NCBI GenBank assembly: GCA_945787715.1
Contig: CALZJE010000002.1
Location: 12,417 to 76,416 of the forward strand
DNA: 64,000 nucleotides
Source: an uncultured Ectothiorhodospiraceae bacterium
Lineage (GTDB): Bacteria; Pseudomonadota; Gammaproteobacteria; S012-40
Reading direction: 5' to 3'
The notes under the pieces were generated by a model. It was not told the origin of the DNA, did not search any database, and saw only the letters and a program-made list of their open reading frames with translations. Of the stretch, positions 63,553 through 64,000 are shown piece after piece. The position numbers were made by a program, and so were the translations under genes. Numbering within the stretch: the stretch's first letter is position 1; every line of letters starts with the position of its first letter.

Positions 63553-64000
63553 TTATCTCAATGATTGCTGCTATGGGCAAAAATCGCGAACTAGGCCTCA
63601 ATAATGAGTTGCTTTGGAAACTGCCGGCAGATATGAAGTTTTTTCGCGAAACAACGATGGGAAAGCCGATTATTGTTGGTCGTAAGACTTATGAATCTTT
63701 CGGTGGCAAACCGTTGCCAGGACGAAAAAATATTGTGATTACTACGGCAAGTGATTACCAGAGTGAAGGTGCAACAATTGTTCACAGTATTGAAGATGCG
63801 ATAGCTGAAGCCAGTGATGCTGAAGAAATTATGATCATTGGCGGTGCCAGCTTTTATCAACAAATGTTACCAAAATCAGATCGCCTTTATTTGACGTATG
63901 TGAATGGTGAATTTAAAGCTGATAGTTGGTTTCCCGAGTTTGATTCCACAGAATGGATCGAAAAATCGCATAAGGATTGCAAAGCGGATGAAAAGAATTC
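63549..64000 (+). CDS. folA: Dihydrofolate reductase (3' end cut by window edge)
   Basis: Absent from the track because no stop falls in the window. ATG 63549 overlaps the thyA stop (ATGA). My translation [65 protein letters not shown] is a typical DHFR. Confidence 0.85.
   Translation, partial: MIISMIAAMGKNRELGLNNELLWKLPADMKFFRETTMGKPIIVGRKTYESFGGKPLPGRKNIVITTASDYQSEGATIVHSIEDAIAEASDAEEIMIIGGASFYQQMLPKSDRLYLTYVNGEFKADSWFPEFDSTEWIEKSHKDCKADEKN

Overview
This is a 64-kb piece of an AT-rich (about 40% GC by eye) gamma-proteobacterial chromosome. Most of it is tightly packed, conserved housekeeping. Block 1 (1-23.4 kb) is glnD-map, then the divergent run rpsB-tsf-pyrH-frr-uppS-cdsA-dxr-rseP-bamA-skp-lpxD-fabZ-lpxA-lpxB-rnhB-dnaE-accA-tilS. 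Block 2 (31.8-64 kb) holds lpxH-PPIase, mrcB plus a TPR lipoprotein, rne, rluC-HAD-S49 peptidase, maf-pycB-pycA, and yceD-rpmF-plsX-fabH-fabD-fabG-acpP-fabF-pabB-pabC-mltG-tmk-holB-pilZ-tatD-rlmI-lgt-thyA-folA. The gene order resembles Pseudomonadales/Oceanospirillales-type genomes, which is an inference only. I see no rRNA, tRNA, CRISPR array, transposase, integrase or recognisable defence gene. The only loosely packed, accessory-looking stretch is 23.4-31.8 kb. It holds two unannotated mini-ORFs, a CbbR-like LysR regulator, a DUF2231 membrane protein with a His/Met-rich tail, a PduO-type adenosyltransferase, a two-gene SprA-related (HExxH) module, an HDOD protein, an FkpA/Mip-like PPIase and long AT-rich spacers. 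The best candidate for something undescribed is a putative ~170-nt minus-strand sRNA at about 24335-24510. It carries three copies of CCCUCCCUUA (an anti-Shine-Dalgarno-like motif), ends in a strong intrinsic terminator, and is divergent from the LysR gene with a nested dyad between them. Other observations are a structured about 160-210 bp repeat present twice in opposite orientation with covarying stems, a 160-bp palindrome, a CTAG-centred dispersed repeat and a sigma-28-like promoter. All protein calls rest on recalled family motifs and synteny. No searches were run, and start codons were re-picked by eye where the ORF track over-extends.
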